From assembly GCA_046583095.1 (NCBI GenBank), contig JAYGDB010000078.1, positions 7,220-71,219 of the forward strand: a stretch of 64,000 nt of DNA. Direction: 5' to 3'. Every line of letters begins with the position of its first letter. The stretch's first letter is position 1. A program made the translations under genes and the position numbers. The stretch is from Myxococcota bacterium (lineage in GTDB: Bacteria > Myxococcota_A > UBA9160 > UBA4427). The notes under the pieces are model-generated. The model was given only the letters and a program-made list of their open reading frames with translations. It did no database searches and was not told the origin of the DNA. This document shows, one piece after another, positions 44,720 through 54,040 of the stretch.

Positions 44720-45742
44720 CTAGACTCGGGATTCGGAGAAACGCAGCGCGTCTTCGAAGAAGCCCTCTTCGGCGTCGGCCAACAAGGCTACGCAACGGCC
44801 CGCCTCTTCGAATAGCGCGGGCTCGCAACTCTCGCGCTCGCTCTGGTCTTTCAGGAGTGCGGCGACCTCGCGCCAGCCAGCGGCGATCTCATCCATCCGC
44901 GCGGCCGGAAGCACGTCGGACAACCCCGGCACGTGCAGCGCGGACTCCCGCAGGAAGTCCGCGTACAGGGAGCGGAAGAAACTCCCGCCCGCGCCGCGCT
45001 TGATGACGACCTGGTATCCGAAACGGGCCGCCCAGGACCAATCCTGCGCAGCGGCCCAGGACGGAAATTCTGCCGCCAGCTTTCGCATCGCCGGGATTCC
45101 GGACGGCAGGGCATCGTCGGGCTCGAGCATCCCGCGTGCGTTCCGCTCGAGCGCCTTCGGGATCGCCTCCTCGATGCAACACCCCAGCGCGAGTGGGCCG
45201 TTGCATTCGCCGTACTGGTTCCGGCTCGACATGGGATAGTCGGGAGCGTTCCGCGCATGCCTCAGCTCCTCGTAGGAGCAGCGCTGGTATTCCTCGAATT
45301 TCCGATCGGCGATCAGCACCGTCTCGGAGTCGTCGTCATATCCGACCACGACGCAACGATGCCCGGGGAAGTGGCTCGAGGTGTTCTGGTAGCCGAGGTA
45401 GAAGGTGTCGGTGGACACCATCAAGGGCTGACCGCGATCGATCGAATCGCGGAGAGTCGTCCAAGCCACCTCGTCCGAGGGCTCGATCCGATCGACCAGC
45501 GCGATGCCCGTGTTCAGCCCGAGATCGTTCTCGAGGGTCACCGTGCGGCCGTGGAACATTCGCGAGGGACTCGTGTCCTCCGCACAGAGGTAGAAGAAGC
45601 CGAGACCGCTAGCTAGGCCGAAGATCATCCCTTCGGAGAGGTCGGTGCCGTTGTGGGCCAGGATGTTGCGAAGCGCCGTCGACGCGCAGTGCTCACCGGT
45701 GCGGTGGCAGTAATCGTCGACGATGACACTTCCGGGACTCAC
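44720..45742 (-). CDS. BtrH_N / DUF4872-type (papain-like fold) protein
   Basis: 340 aa. The N-terminus (GEHCASTALRNILAHNG...GLASGLGFFY) and the HFPGHRCVVVGYDD segment resemble the butirosin BtrH N-terminal domain plus DUF4872. It ends 19 nt upstream of DUF3604-B. Confidence 0.7.
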   Translation of the reverse strand: MSPGSVIVDDYCHRTGEHCASTALRNILAHNGTDLSEGMIFGLASGLGFFYLCAEDTSPSRMFHGRTVTLENDLGLNTGIALVDRIEPSDEVAWTTLRDSIDRGQPLMVSTDTFYLGYQNTSSHFPGHRCVVVGYDDDSETVLIADRKFEEYQRCSYEELRHARNAPDYPMSSRNQYGECNGPLALGCCIEEAIPKALERNARGMLEPDDALPSGIPAMRKLAAEFPSWAAAQDWSWAARFGYQVVIKRGAGGSFFRSLYADFLRESALHVPGLSDVLPAARMDEIAAGWREVAALLKDQSERESCEPALFEEAGRCVALLADAEEGFFEDALRFSESRV

Positions 45743-45761
45743 GCGGGGACGTTAGCTCGTG

Positions 45762-48044
45762 TCACGCACCCGCATCCGGGGACGGCTGGGTGACGAAGAT
45801 CGGAGACGACCAGGCCCGCTCCTCGGTCTCGGACAGGCACTCGTCGGCGCTCGGGCGACCGAAGCAGGGATTGACATCGACGCAGCGTCCACTCTCGTCA
45901 TAGCTGCAGCCGAGGGGATCCGCATCGACCGCCAGGCTCGGCGCCTCGATGGCTCGCACGTAGTAGAGCGCGTCGCGCCCGGACGACACGTACTCGTCGT
46001 CGCTGAACGCGACCTGGCAGCCCGACCGATCGCCCGCGCAGGGAAGCACCTTCCAGGGATCTTCGACGAGCGGTGCGATCTCTTCGTGCGCGCTCAGCTG
46101 GGGCCGGATGCGCACGATCTCGATGCGCGAGATGGGCCGGCGGATGTCCGACGGGTGGTAGCACTCGCCCTGACATAGGCGCGCGAGACGGTCCGGAGCC
46201 ATCGCGTCGACTGCGTCCGCTGGACAGCCCGGCTTCTGCTCGAACGATCCAACGGCGCGTACCTGAAAAATGGGCGACTCGGCCAGCGTGACCTCGCTCC
46301 CCATCGGCGTCGGGCGGCCACCCGGCGCGTTCAGGACGTCGAACCACAGCAGGATCCGCGGCCCGCTCGTGCCGTAGACCTCGCGGCGCTGCATGGCCTC
46401 CCAGATCGCGCCTCGGTCGCGTCCCTCCGCGTGCACAGCCGCAAGCCCGCCGTTCAGGAAATAGGAAGCCCCCCGCTCGGTCTCGAAAGCCAGGAACGGG
46501 GCAATCAGCGACGCGAGTTCAACCTCTCGCGACTGCGCGACGGGCTCCTCGACGGGCCCGCCTGCCATGGGCGTATCCAGGAAGTTTCCGAAACGAGACT
46601 CGGTGAACTCCGTCCGCGCCACCTCCTTGTAGCCGGTGCCCGGCCGGGCGGAGTGGTTGTCACTCGACGCGATGAAGCCGAAACGGAAGCGCAGGGGATC
46701 GCCCGAATCGTCCTCGCGGCCGAGCGCCAGCATGTACTGAACCGAGCTCCGGGGGCGGTGGTTGAAGGCAGGCTGAAAGCAGTCACGGCACTGGCCGGAG
46801 TCCTGCCAGTCGGCGATCTCGGTGCCGGGGATCGCCCGGGCCCCGCCGTTGAACGGCGCGTCGACGAAATGCTGGCGCGCCTCGGCGGCGCGGTCCGCGC
46901 ACTCGGGTTCAGGCACTCCTTCCGCAAGACAGCGCTCTGCGATGATCTCGCCAGCGCGCCAGCAGGACGGCAGGTAGTTCTCGTTCGGCTCCGGACAGGA
47001 GGCCGTCTCGTCGTTCGTGAGCAGCACCTCGCGATACGGCCGGAACTCCTCGGCGTTCCCGTGGCCCGAGAAGACCTCGACGATGCTCTGGCGGATCGGG
47101 TCGTGCTGCTTGGCCGTCAGCTGCTTGTCCCAGGACGAGCCCAGGGGCGTGTAGAAACCCCAGGACGTGCCGTGCGGGATCACGATCGTCTCGTGACCCC
47201 AGTCGTCGAGCTTCTCGAAGAGATCGCGCGGGGTCGGGGCGACCTCCTTGCAATCGAGGGGAAGGTCGCGAACCGGAACACCCATCGGGCAGTCGAGCAC
47301 GGCCGTCGTCTCGGTCATGTACTCGGCCAACTCGGGCCCGCCAGTCTCGCGCGCTGTAAGGGCCAGCAACCCGAATACCAGCGAGGAACGCGCCGAATTC
47401 GACATCGAGGGCATTCCGGGTGGCGTCCCGGCGCTGATCGGACGCGACGGAATCCGGTCGTCGTCCAGGTGTCTCAGGATCACGTTCTTGTGGCCATAGT
47501 GGTTGGAGGGCTTCGTCCCCACCTGGGTCCACTCCCACCCGAGGTAGCTCACGAGATCGGGCGCCGATGGGTCGCCCGCCACCTCGTTGCACTGGCGCAC
47601 GGACTCGACGGTCTCCGCCCAGCGGCGCGGCGTGAGCGTGAGGGCATGGTCGTTGATCGACCAGAAGTCGAGCCCGGCGCAGTGGCGCGCGTAGTCACAA
47701 GCGTCCGCGACCGGATGCGCGCCGTCGCCACCCGCCATCGGCAGGCTGAGCTGGAACGCATCGAACGAGAACGTGGTGTGGACGTGGAGATCTCCGAACA
47801 GGATCTGCTTCGGCTGGGCTACCCCGATCTCCACCGCAGCGCCCGTGATCGCCTGAGATCGATCCGCCACCACATGGGAGGCGACGGCCCGGGACTCCGG
47901 GCTTCCGGCCCCGGGGGTGTCGACGAACGCGCCACGACCCAGGATCGACACGCCGATCAGCACGATCGCGACGACGACGACGAGACCGATCAGAACTCGG
48001 AACATCAGGAGGCTCCTCCGCGGTGGCGGCGGATCATATCGCAA
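45762..48044 (-). CDS. DUF3604 domain protein (paralog B), membrane-anchored/exported
   Basis: 760 aa; an alternative start MFRVLIG lies at 48005. It has an N-terminal TM. Motifs are FGDLHVHTTFSFDAF, ALYYVRAIEAPS and ERAWSSPIFV. Confidence 0.85.
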   Translation of the reverse strand: MRYDPPPPRRSLLMFRVLIGLVVVVAIVLIGVSILGRGAFVDTPGAGSPESRAVASHVVADRSQAITGAAVEIGVAQPKQILFGDLHVHTTFSFDAFQLSLPMAGGDGAHPVADACDYARHCAGLDFWSINDHALTLTPRRWAETVESVRQCNEVAGDPSAPDLVSYLGWEWTQVGTKPSNHYGHKNVILRHLDDDRIPSRPISAGTPPGMPSMSNSARSSLVFGLLALTARETGGPELAEYMTETTAVLDCPMGVPVRDLPLDCKEVAPTPRDLFEKLDDWGHETIVIPHGTSWGFYTPLGSSWDKQLTAKQHDPIRQSIVEVFSGHGNAEEFRPYREVLLTNDETASCPEPNENYLPSCWRAGEIIAERCLAEGVPEPECADRAAEARQHFVDAPFNGGARAIPGTEIADWQDSGQCRDCFQPAFNHRPRSSVQYMLALGREDDSGDPLRFRFGFIASSDNHSARPGTGYKEVARTEFTESRFGNFLDTPMAGGPVEEPVAQSREVELASLIAPFLAFETERGASYFLNGGLAAVHAEGRDRGAIWEAMQRREVYGTSGPRILLWFDVLNAPGGRPTPMGSEVTLAESPIFQVRAVGSFEQKPGCPADAVDAMAPDRLARLCQGECYHPSDIRRPISRIEIVRIRPQLSAHEEIAPLVEDPWKVLPCAGDRSGCQVAFSDDEYVSSGRDALYYVRAIEAPSLAVDADPLGCSYDESGRCVDVNPCFGRPSADECLSETEERAWSSPIFVTQPSPDAGA

Positions 48045-48104
48045 GCTCTACCCGGAGCGTGACTCGAGTATCGGGGCGACGCTCCGCAACATCCGATTCG
48101 CCGG

Positions 48105-48491
48105 CTAGTCCGAAGACCCCGACGAAGAGAATTGCGACGCCGTTCCAACCAGAAGCGCGGCCACCCCTACTTCTACGGCGATGAATGCGGTCGCGGGCGG
48201 CGCACCGTGCGCCATCCACGCGATCGTACGCAGCACCGCGGCACTCGCCAGCAGCAGCCCCGCGGTCCGCAGCAGCGTGGCATTCTCGCGTAGGGTGCCA
48301 GCAAGAATCAACGCGGCGGCGAGAACGAAGAACGCGCCGATGTCACCGATCTGGGTACTCCGACCTACGCCGTCGAGAAGTGGCATGCCGAGACCTTCGG
48401 CTGCGGCCGCCGGGTCCACGATCCACCGGATCGCACTCACCAGGAAGAGCAGCCCGAACAGCCCGGACGCCGCCCGCAGTACATTCTTCAT
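48105..48491 (-). CDS. DUF4345-like small membrane protein
   Basis: 128 aa with four hydrophobic helices (MKNVLRAASGLFGLLFLVSAIRWIVDP...). Confidence 0.55.
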   Translation of the reverse strand: MKNVLRAASGLFGLLFLVSAIRWIVDPAAAAEGLGMPLLDGVGRSTQIGDIGAFFVLAAALILAGTLRENATLLRTAGLLLASAAVLRTIAWMAHGAPPATAFIAVEVGVAALLVGTASQFSSSGSSD

Positions 48492-48531
48492 GACCCCTCC
48501 CCTTCCGGCTTCCTTCTTCTACTCTCCCAGC

Positions 48532-50754
48532 GTGCACGGCCGGCTCCGCATCCCCTGGATCGCACTCCTCGCCAGCATGATCGCACAGACAGCCGCGGCG
48601 CAGGCCGTGGGCATCAAATCCGAAGCCGATTACGCGGCCGCACTCGACCGCGCGTCGGGAGGCGCCTTTTCGACCGGGCTCGAGAAGCGCGAAGCGGCGG
48701 CGGCGCTCGACGCCTACCCAAAGCTCGTTGCCGCCTACACGTCGATCGAGGACGCCCTCTTCGACGCCTACTCGCCCCACGCGAACCATTTCCCGGCATG
48801 GTACGCGGAACGCCTCGTCGAGATGGGCCTCGGTGAGCTGAGCGACGACACGGCCGGGGCGTTTTTCGAAACGGAGCTTTCGAGCGGAGACTTCGACCGG
48901 GTCGTCCACGCCTACTATCTGCTCAGCCGCAGTCACATCTCGCTGCTGGCGGGCCAAGGCCCCACGCCTGTCTGGACCCGGATGATCGCAGTCGCGAAGG
49001 GCGACCCCGAGAATCGCTATTGGATCTCGCTCGCCCTGGCCGAGTCAAGAATGCTCCCCTCCTACGTGTACGACCGCCTGCACACGAAGATGGCGAATCG
49101 AACGGAATCGGTGCGCGAACGAATCGGCCGAAACGCGGCATTCCTGGGTCCGCGGATTGCGCGGGTGCTCGGCCTTGGCGACGGGGACCTCCGGATCTCT
49201 CACGTGCGGGTCCGCTACGCCCAGGAGGCGGCCAAGACGAGGGTGCGGAACCACCAGCTCAGGTCCCTCGGCGCGACAGCCGCCTACCAGTCCGTCCGCG
49301 ACGAACTCGAAGCCATGGAGAAGGGAGCCTTCGAGTCGCGCCGCTTCCTCGCGTTGATGAAGAACGACCTGCACCTGCTGCTCGAGACCTTCGGGCTCCC
49401 CGAGGATCCCGAGTCACTCCTCGAGACGCTCCGGGTGCTGTGCCGGGGCATGGGCTCGAATCGAATGGTGCTATGGACCGCGGCGGACTCCGTGATCGCC
49501 GCTTACAAGCCCTTGATGGCTGCCGCCGCCCCGCCACCGCCCGATCCCCTCCCGGATGCGACGACGATCCTCTCCCGGGGAACGGGCGCGGTCCACGCTC
49601 TCGAGACCATCCTGGGCAGCGTCGAGCACCCCGACCGAGTCCTGCACCTCTTCCAGGCCAACATCATCCCCAGCGTGGTCGCGGAGCAGCCGCCCGAAGA
49701 CCCGGTGTCACTGCGCCGGGCGATCCGGGACGCCTACTACAAGCTCGGATATCCACCGGCCTATCGCCCCGCGTATCAGCGCGCCCTCGATTCACTCGGC
49801 CCCGAGGAGCTGGCCCACGACGAAGCGTCGCGGGAGAAACTCGCGGCCCTCGCAGAGATCTTCGCCGAGGTCCAGACGGCTGACGCGTTCGGAGACGCGT
49901 TCGACGGGTACCGGCAGGCCAGCGCCGAAGGCCGGCTGCCTTCGCGGGACAGCGACGGATCATTCGCCGCAGCCTTCGGCGGCGCAGCCGTGCGGGTCCT
50001 CGAGACGGAGGTGTCGAAGGTCCGCGCCGCCTCACGTCGGGCCGAGGTCGCGCGCGAGGCGCAGCAGCAGGCGTCCGCGAAGATCGAGCAGGCCGAGGCC
50101 GTGGTCGTCGACGCCAATCGGCTCATCCGGCTTGCCAACCAGGCGGTCACCCGCGAGGAGGAGCGTCAACGCGCCGCCCTCGACACGCGAAACGACATCG
50201 TGAGCCAGCTCAACGTGGCCGTCGAGCGCGCCAACGCCGCCCGCCGCGCCGGCACTGCAGAGCATGCAGCAGCGCGTGCCGAGGCTCGCCGGGTCGAGCA
50301 CGAGCTGAACGACCTGCTCGCGGCGAGCGAGAAGCAGTACCGCGAGGCGAGTGACGCAGCCGAGGCCGCAGAACAATCGGCCGTCGACGAAGTAAACCGG
50401 GCTCGACGCGAGCAGGCACGGGCAAAAGCGGAGGCCTCGCGCGAGAACGAAAGCGTCGAAGCCGAGCGCGCCGCGGAGACCGAGGCACAGCGGAGCCGCT
50501 CACGCTTCGCAGAGGTGATCGGGCGCCTGATCGCGGGACTCGGCTTCGTGGGCATCCATGGGGATCCCAATGCGATCGGCGACCTGGATCAGGACGCGAA
50601 CGTCCGGCTTGCAAGCCTGGCCCTGCTGCTCGAGTCGAAGGACGCAATTTCGAAGAGCATCGCCGACGCCGTCGAGAGAGAGAGCCGGGGAGCGTCTTCC
50701 CTCTCGAAGCTCGCCACACTTGCGTCGGCTCAGGCGCGAGAACAGGCGCCCTGA
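48532..50754 (+). CDS. Large secreted protein with C-terminal Ala/Glu/Arg coiled coil, function unknown
   Basis: The GTG at 48532 gives the signal peptide VHGRLRIPWIALLASMIAQTAAAQA and 740 aa. The N-terminal roughly 470 aa are helical. A run of about 200 aa of Ala/Arg/Glu heptad-like sequence follows, then a hydrophobic patch (VIGRLIAGLGFVGI). No family was recognised. Confidence 0.65.
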   Translation: MHGRLRIPWIALLASMIAQTAAAQAVGIKSEADYAAALDRASGGAFSTGLEKREAAAALDAYPKLVAAYTSIEDALFDAYSPHANHFPAWYAERLVEMGLGELSDDTAGAFFETELSSGDFDRVVHAYYLLSRSHISLLAGQGPTPVWTRMIAVAKGDPENRYWISLALAESRMLPSYVYDRLHTKMANRTESVRERIGRNAAFLGPRIARVLGLGDGDLRISHVRVRYAQEAAKTRVRNHQLRSLGATAAYQSVRDELEAMEKGAFESRRFLALMKNDLHLLLETFGLPEDPESLLETLRVLCRGMGSNRMVLWTAADSVIAAYKPLMAAAAPPPPDPLPDATTILSRGTGAVHALETILGSVEHPDRVLHLFQANIIPSVVAEQPPEDPVSLRRAIRDAYYKLGYPPAYRPAYQRALDSLGPEELAHDEASREKLAALAEIFAEVQTADAFGDAFDGYRQASAEGRLPSRDSDGSFAAAFGGAAVRVLETEVSKVRAASRRAEVAREAQQQASAKIEQAEAVVVDANRLIRLANQAVTREEERQRAALDTRNDIVSQLNVAVERANAARRAGTAEHAAARAEARRVEHELNDLLAASEKQYREASDAAEAAEQSAVDEVNRARREQARAKAEASRENESVEAERAAETEAQRSRSRFAEVIGRLIAGLGFVGIHGDPNAIGDLDQDANVRLASLALLLESKDAISKSIADAVERESRGASSLSKLATLASAQAREQAP

Positions 50755-50815
50755 CTCGCACCGTCGCGTCGCTCCCCGCCCGCGACGCACTCTTCGATCG
50801 CCCCCTGCACCGCGG

Positions 50816-53257
50816 TCAGGCTGCCTCGCGGGCCGAGGCGCGTACTTCGCTGCCTTCCTCCGGCCCGAAGGGATGGAAGCTGAGCACCAGGGCCGGCATC
50901 AGGAGGAAGTCTGCGATCAGCGCCGTGACGATGGTCGTGGCAAGTAGAATGCCGTAGGTGGCCTGGCTGGCGAGCGTGGAGAAGACGAGTACCAGGAAAC
51001 CCAGCACCAGCGCGATGGACGTGATCACCAGCGCCCGCCCGACGTCCTGCATCGATGCGAAGAGCGCATCCTCGTAGCGACCCAGCCGGCGGAACTCGTG
51101 CCGGAAGCGCGAAACGAGATGAATGGTGTCATCGACGGCAATCCCCATGGCCACCGCCGCGATGGACACCTTGCCGTAATCGAGTTCGATGCCCGTCCAG
51201 CCCATGATTCCGAGGGTCAGAATGACTGGCGACAGGTTCGGAAGCATCGAGATGAGGCCCGTCTTCAGCGACCAGAAGAGAAGACACATCAGCACACCGA
51301 TGACCGAGAACGCGATCACGAAGCCCTGGATCTGGCTCTGCACGATGTAGTCGAGAAGCTTGACCCACAACGCGCCGATTCCGGTCACGCTCATCGTCGA
51401 GGCTTCGAGGGGACGCGCCTCCAGCTCGGCCTTCAGATCCCGCACGAGCTCGGCGGTCTTGCTCGTCGGCGCGAGCTTGAGACGCAGCTCCAGCCCCGCT
51501 CGCCGGTAATCGGAAGACACGTACTCGTCGCTCTCACCTCCACCCGCGGTCTCGTACAAGAGCAGATATTGCGCGACCAGTTCCCGGGTCTCCGGAAGCC
51601 TGTAGTAGGCGGGATCGTCGGCGTGGAAGGTCTGGTTGAGGTCCTTCAGGATATCCACGATCGAGTAGCTCTTGCGGACGAGATCGTCGCGCGCATTCGC
51701 CCACTCCTGCAGGCGCTCGATGTCCCGAAGAAACGCGGGTTCCTGGATCGACTCGGGCGCGCCGCCGTCGAAGAGCAGGATGAGATTCATGACGCCGCCC
51801 ATCACCTCGTCCACTCGTAGGGTCACTTGCTTGAGGGGCATGCGGTCCGAGAAGTCATCGAGCCAATTCGAGTCGACGACCAATCGAGCCAGACCCGATC
51901 CGCAGAGCAGGAAGACCGCCCCGAAGAACACCAGGATGGGGATCCGCCGCCTCACGACGAACACGCAGACTGCCTCCAGGCACGCGTGCATCCACGCACC
52001 CCCCTTGGCCTCGAGGCGCTGTCGGTCCGTGAGCGGCCGCGCGGGAACACGTCGGCCGAAGGAGAGGAAGGCCATCAACAAGGTGAAGGAGAGAACGAAG
52101 GCCGCCACGACTCCGAAAGCGTTGAAGACCGCCATGTGGGAGATGCTCTTGATCGGAACGAAGAACATCGCCAGGAAGCCGATCGCCGTGGTGACGCTCG
52201 TCAGCAGGCAGGGCGTCCCCACGAGGTAGAGAGTGCGGACGAGCGCTTCGCGCCGATCGCCGATCTCAGCGAAGCGGGCGCGAAACTCGGAGAGGATGTG
52301 GACCGAATGGGCAATACCAATCGCGGTGATCAGCGTGGGCGCACTGCCGAAGCTCATGTCGAGCTTCCAGCCAATCGCCGTCACGAAGGCCACCACCATC
52401 ATCACGCTGAGTTGCACGACCGCGATCGGTCCGATCACCCCCACGAAGGAACGGAAGAAGAAGAGGAGCAGTGCCGCGATGACCGCAATCGTGATCATCT
52501 GGAGCAGCGTGCTCTCTTCGCCGATGATGATGTTGTAGGTGGCGTTCAGCGGGACATCGCCGGAGTGGTAGAAGCGGATTCCCGCCCACTCGGGCCGAGC
52601 GAGGATCTCGGAGATGGCCGCGGCCGTCGGCTGCGGGTAGACGTTGTCGAGATCGTTGCCGCCGTCCGGATCGAGACGGATCTCCTCGAGCGGATCGGTA
52701 CTCGAGCGGTCCATCTGGATGATGATCGCCGCGTGGCTGGCATCCGAACTCAGCAGCCCCCCCACGAAGATGGGCTTCGCGAGGTATCGGTCCCGCAGGG
52801 CCAACAGTTCTTCCTGGGTCTCGGGCAGGCCATCTCGAAGCTCGTGGATTTCGATGCCACCTTCGACGCCGACCATCAACTCGGCGCTCGCCAGGCTCTC
52901 GACCTCGTAGATGAAGGGCACCTCGTCCTCGAGAACGGACGTGAGATCGACGATCTTCGCCATCACCCCGAGGTTCCAAGGACCGTATTCGTAGTCGGGT
53001 GCTTCGTAGAGGATGTACGAGATCTCGTCCGAGCCGAAGTCCTCCCGGTACTGCTCGTAGGCCAGGTAGATCGGGTCCTCGGGGTCGAAGTAGTTCTCGT
53101 AGCTGTTGTCGACGCGAGCCTGCCCCGCCAGCACCAGGCTGCCGCCCAGCAGGACCCCGGCGAACGCGAAGACGATCCAGCGATGGTCATACGACCAGCC
53201 GCCGATCGCCGCGAAGATCGTGTTCAGCCTCGAGATGAAGTCACCTGCTTCAGGCAT
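50816..53257 (-). CDS. RND-superfamily transporter of the MMPL/HpnN-like (two 6-TM bundle) type
   Basis: 813 aa with two repeats, each a TM helix, a large periplasmic loop and a 5-TM bundle. The N-terminus (FISRLNTIFAAIGGWSYDHRWIVFAF) is typical of MMPL-domain exporters. Confidence 0.88.
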   Translation of the reverse strand: MPEAGDFISRLNTIFAAIGGWSYDHRWIVFAFAGVLLGGSLVLAGQARVDNSYENYFDPEDPIYLAYEQYREDFGSDEISYILYEAPDYEYGPWNLGVMAKIVDLTSVLEDEVPFIYEVESLASAELMVGVEGGIEIHELRDGLPETQEELLALRDRYLAKPIFVGGLLSSDASHAAIIIQMDRSSTDPLEEIRLDPDGGNDLDNVYPQPTAAAISEILARPEWAGIRFYHSGDVPLNATYNIIIGEESTLLQMITIAVIAALLLFFFRSFVGVIGPIAVVQLSVMMVVAFVTAIGWKLDMSFGSAPTLITAIGIAHSVHILSEFRARFAEIGDRREALVRTLYLVGTPCLLTSVTTAIGFLAMFFVPIKSISHMAVFNAFGVVAAFVLSFTLLMAFLSFGRRVPARPLTDRQRLEAKGGAWMHACLEAVCVFVVRRRIPILVFFGAVFLLCGSGLARLVVDSNWLDDFSDRMPLKQVTLRVDEVMGGVMNLILLFDGGAPESIQEPAFLRDIERLQEWANARDDLVRKSYSIVDILKDLNQTFHADDPAYYRLPETRELVAQYLLLYETAGGGESDEYVSSDYRRAGLELRLKLAPTSKTAELVRDLKAELEARPLEASTMSVTGIGALWVKLLDYIVQSQIQGFVIAFSVIGVLMCLLFWSLKTGLISMLPNLSPVILTLGIMGWTGIELDYGKVSIAAVAMGIAVDDTIHLVSRFRHEFRRLGRYEDALFASMQDVGRALVITSIALVLGFLVLVFSTLASQATYGILLATTIVTALIADFLLMPALVLSFHPFGPEEGSEVRASAREAA

Positions 53258-53875
53258 CTACCGCCAGCGTTTCGCGAGATCCGCGCTCGTTGTCTGCGTC
53301 GTGAGCTGCGCCAGCGTTCCCTCGATGACCGCGCGTCCGTAGTCGAGCGGATGCGCGGCGACACAATCCGTCGGCAGCACTACATGGTAGCCGTGATTGA
53401 GCGCCTCGATGGTGAGCCCGATGATGCCGACGTTGAGCGATACGCCGGTGGCCACCACCGTCGTCACACCCGCGCTGCGGAGCATCGGTTCGAGGCTCGT
53501 CCCGTGGAAGGGCGAGATCCCGTGGAGACGCTGGGATTCGAGATCCGACGGCGCCGGACACAGCTCCGGACAGATCTCCACCTCCGGCGAACCGACCCGC
53601 AGGTGATCGGGGTTCTGCAGCAGCTGATTGACGAGGGGAACGTTGTCGAAGGAGCCCACCCGATCCGGACGGAAAGCCGCCGTGCAGTGGATCACCGGGA
53701 TGCCACACCCGCGCGCAGCTTCGAGGACGCGGGCAGTGTTCGCGAGCACCCCGGCCTCGGCGACGGATTTCGCCAGCAGCGGCAGACAGGAGAGATCCCC
53801 CACGATCCCCCGCTGGAGCTCCATCGTGAGGACGGCGACCCGCCCCGGTGCAACGAGATCTTCGAACTGCCGCAT
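53258..53875 (-). CDS. Isochorismatase-family cysteine hydrolase
   Basis: The start at MRQFEDLVAPGRVAVLTMELQ (ATG at 53875) gives 205 aa. Motifs are VATGVSLNVGI and ...DCVAA. Its stop TAG directly abuts the RND start (TAGATG). Confidence 0.8.
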   Translation of the reverse strand: MRQFEDLVAPGRVAVLTMELQRGIVGDLSCLPLLAKSVAEAGVLANTARVLEAARGCGIPVIHCTAAFRPDRVGSFDNVPLVNQLLQNPDHLRVGSPEVEICPELCPAPSDLESQRLHGISPFHGTSLEPMLRSAGVTTVVATGVSLNVGIIGLTIEALNHGYHVVLPTDCVAAHPLDYGRAVIEGTLAQLTTQTTSADLAKRWR

Positions 53876-54040
53876 CCGGCTCCCTCTCTCCCGCTTCGCC
53901 CCGCAGAGGCTGGAACGGGAAGCGACCCGTTCGTGCCGGAGGAGCAACGCCGCTAGAGCGTGCGGCGCCCAGCCGATCGGGACGCCCGATGGTAGCGGCG
54001 AAAGCGAGGTAGACTCCTACGATCCACAGGAGAACTCGCC

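Noticed and set aside
51827-53956. 709-aa plus-strand ORF
   Set aside because: It is antisense to the RND transporter and the isochorismatase gene, with Arg/Asp/Glu/His-rich composition and no motifs.
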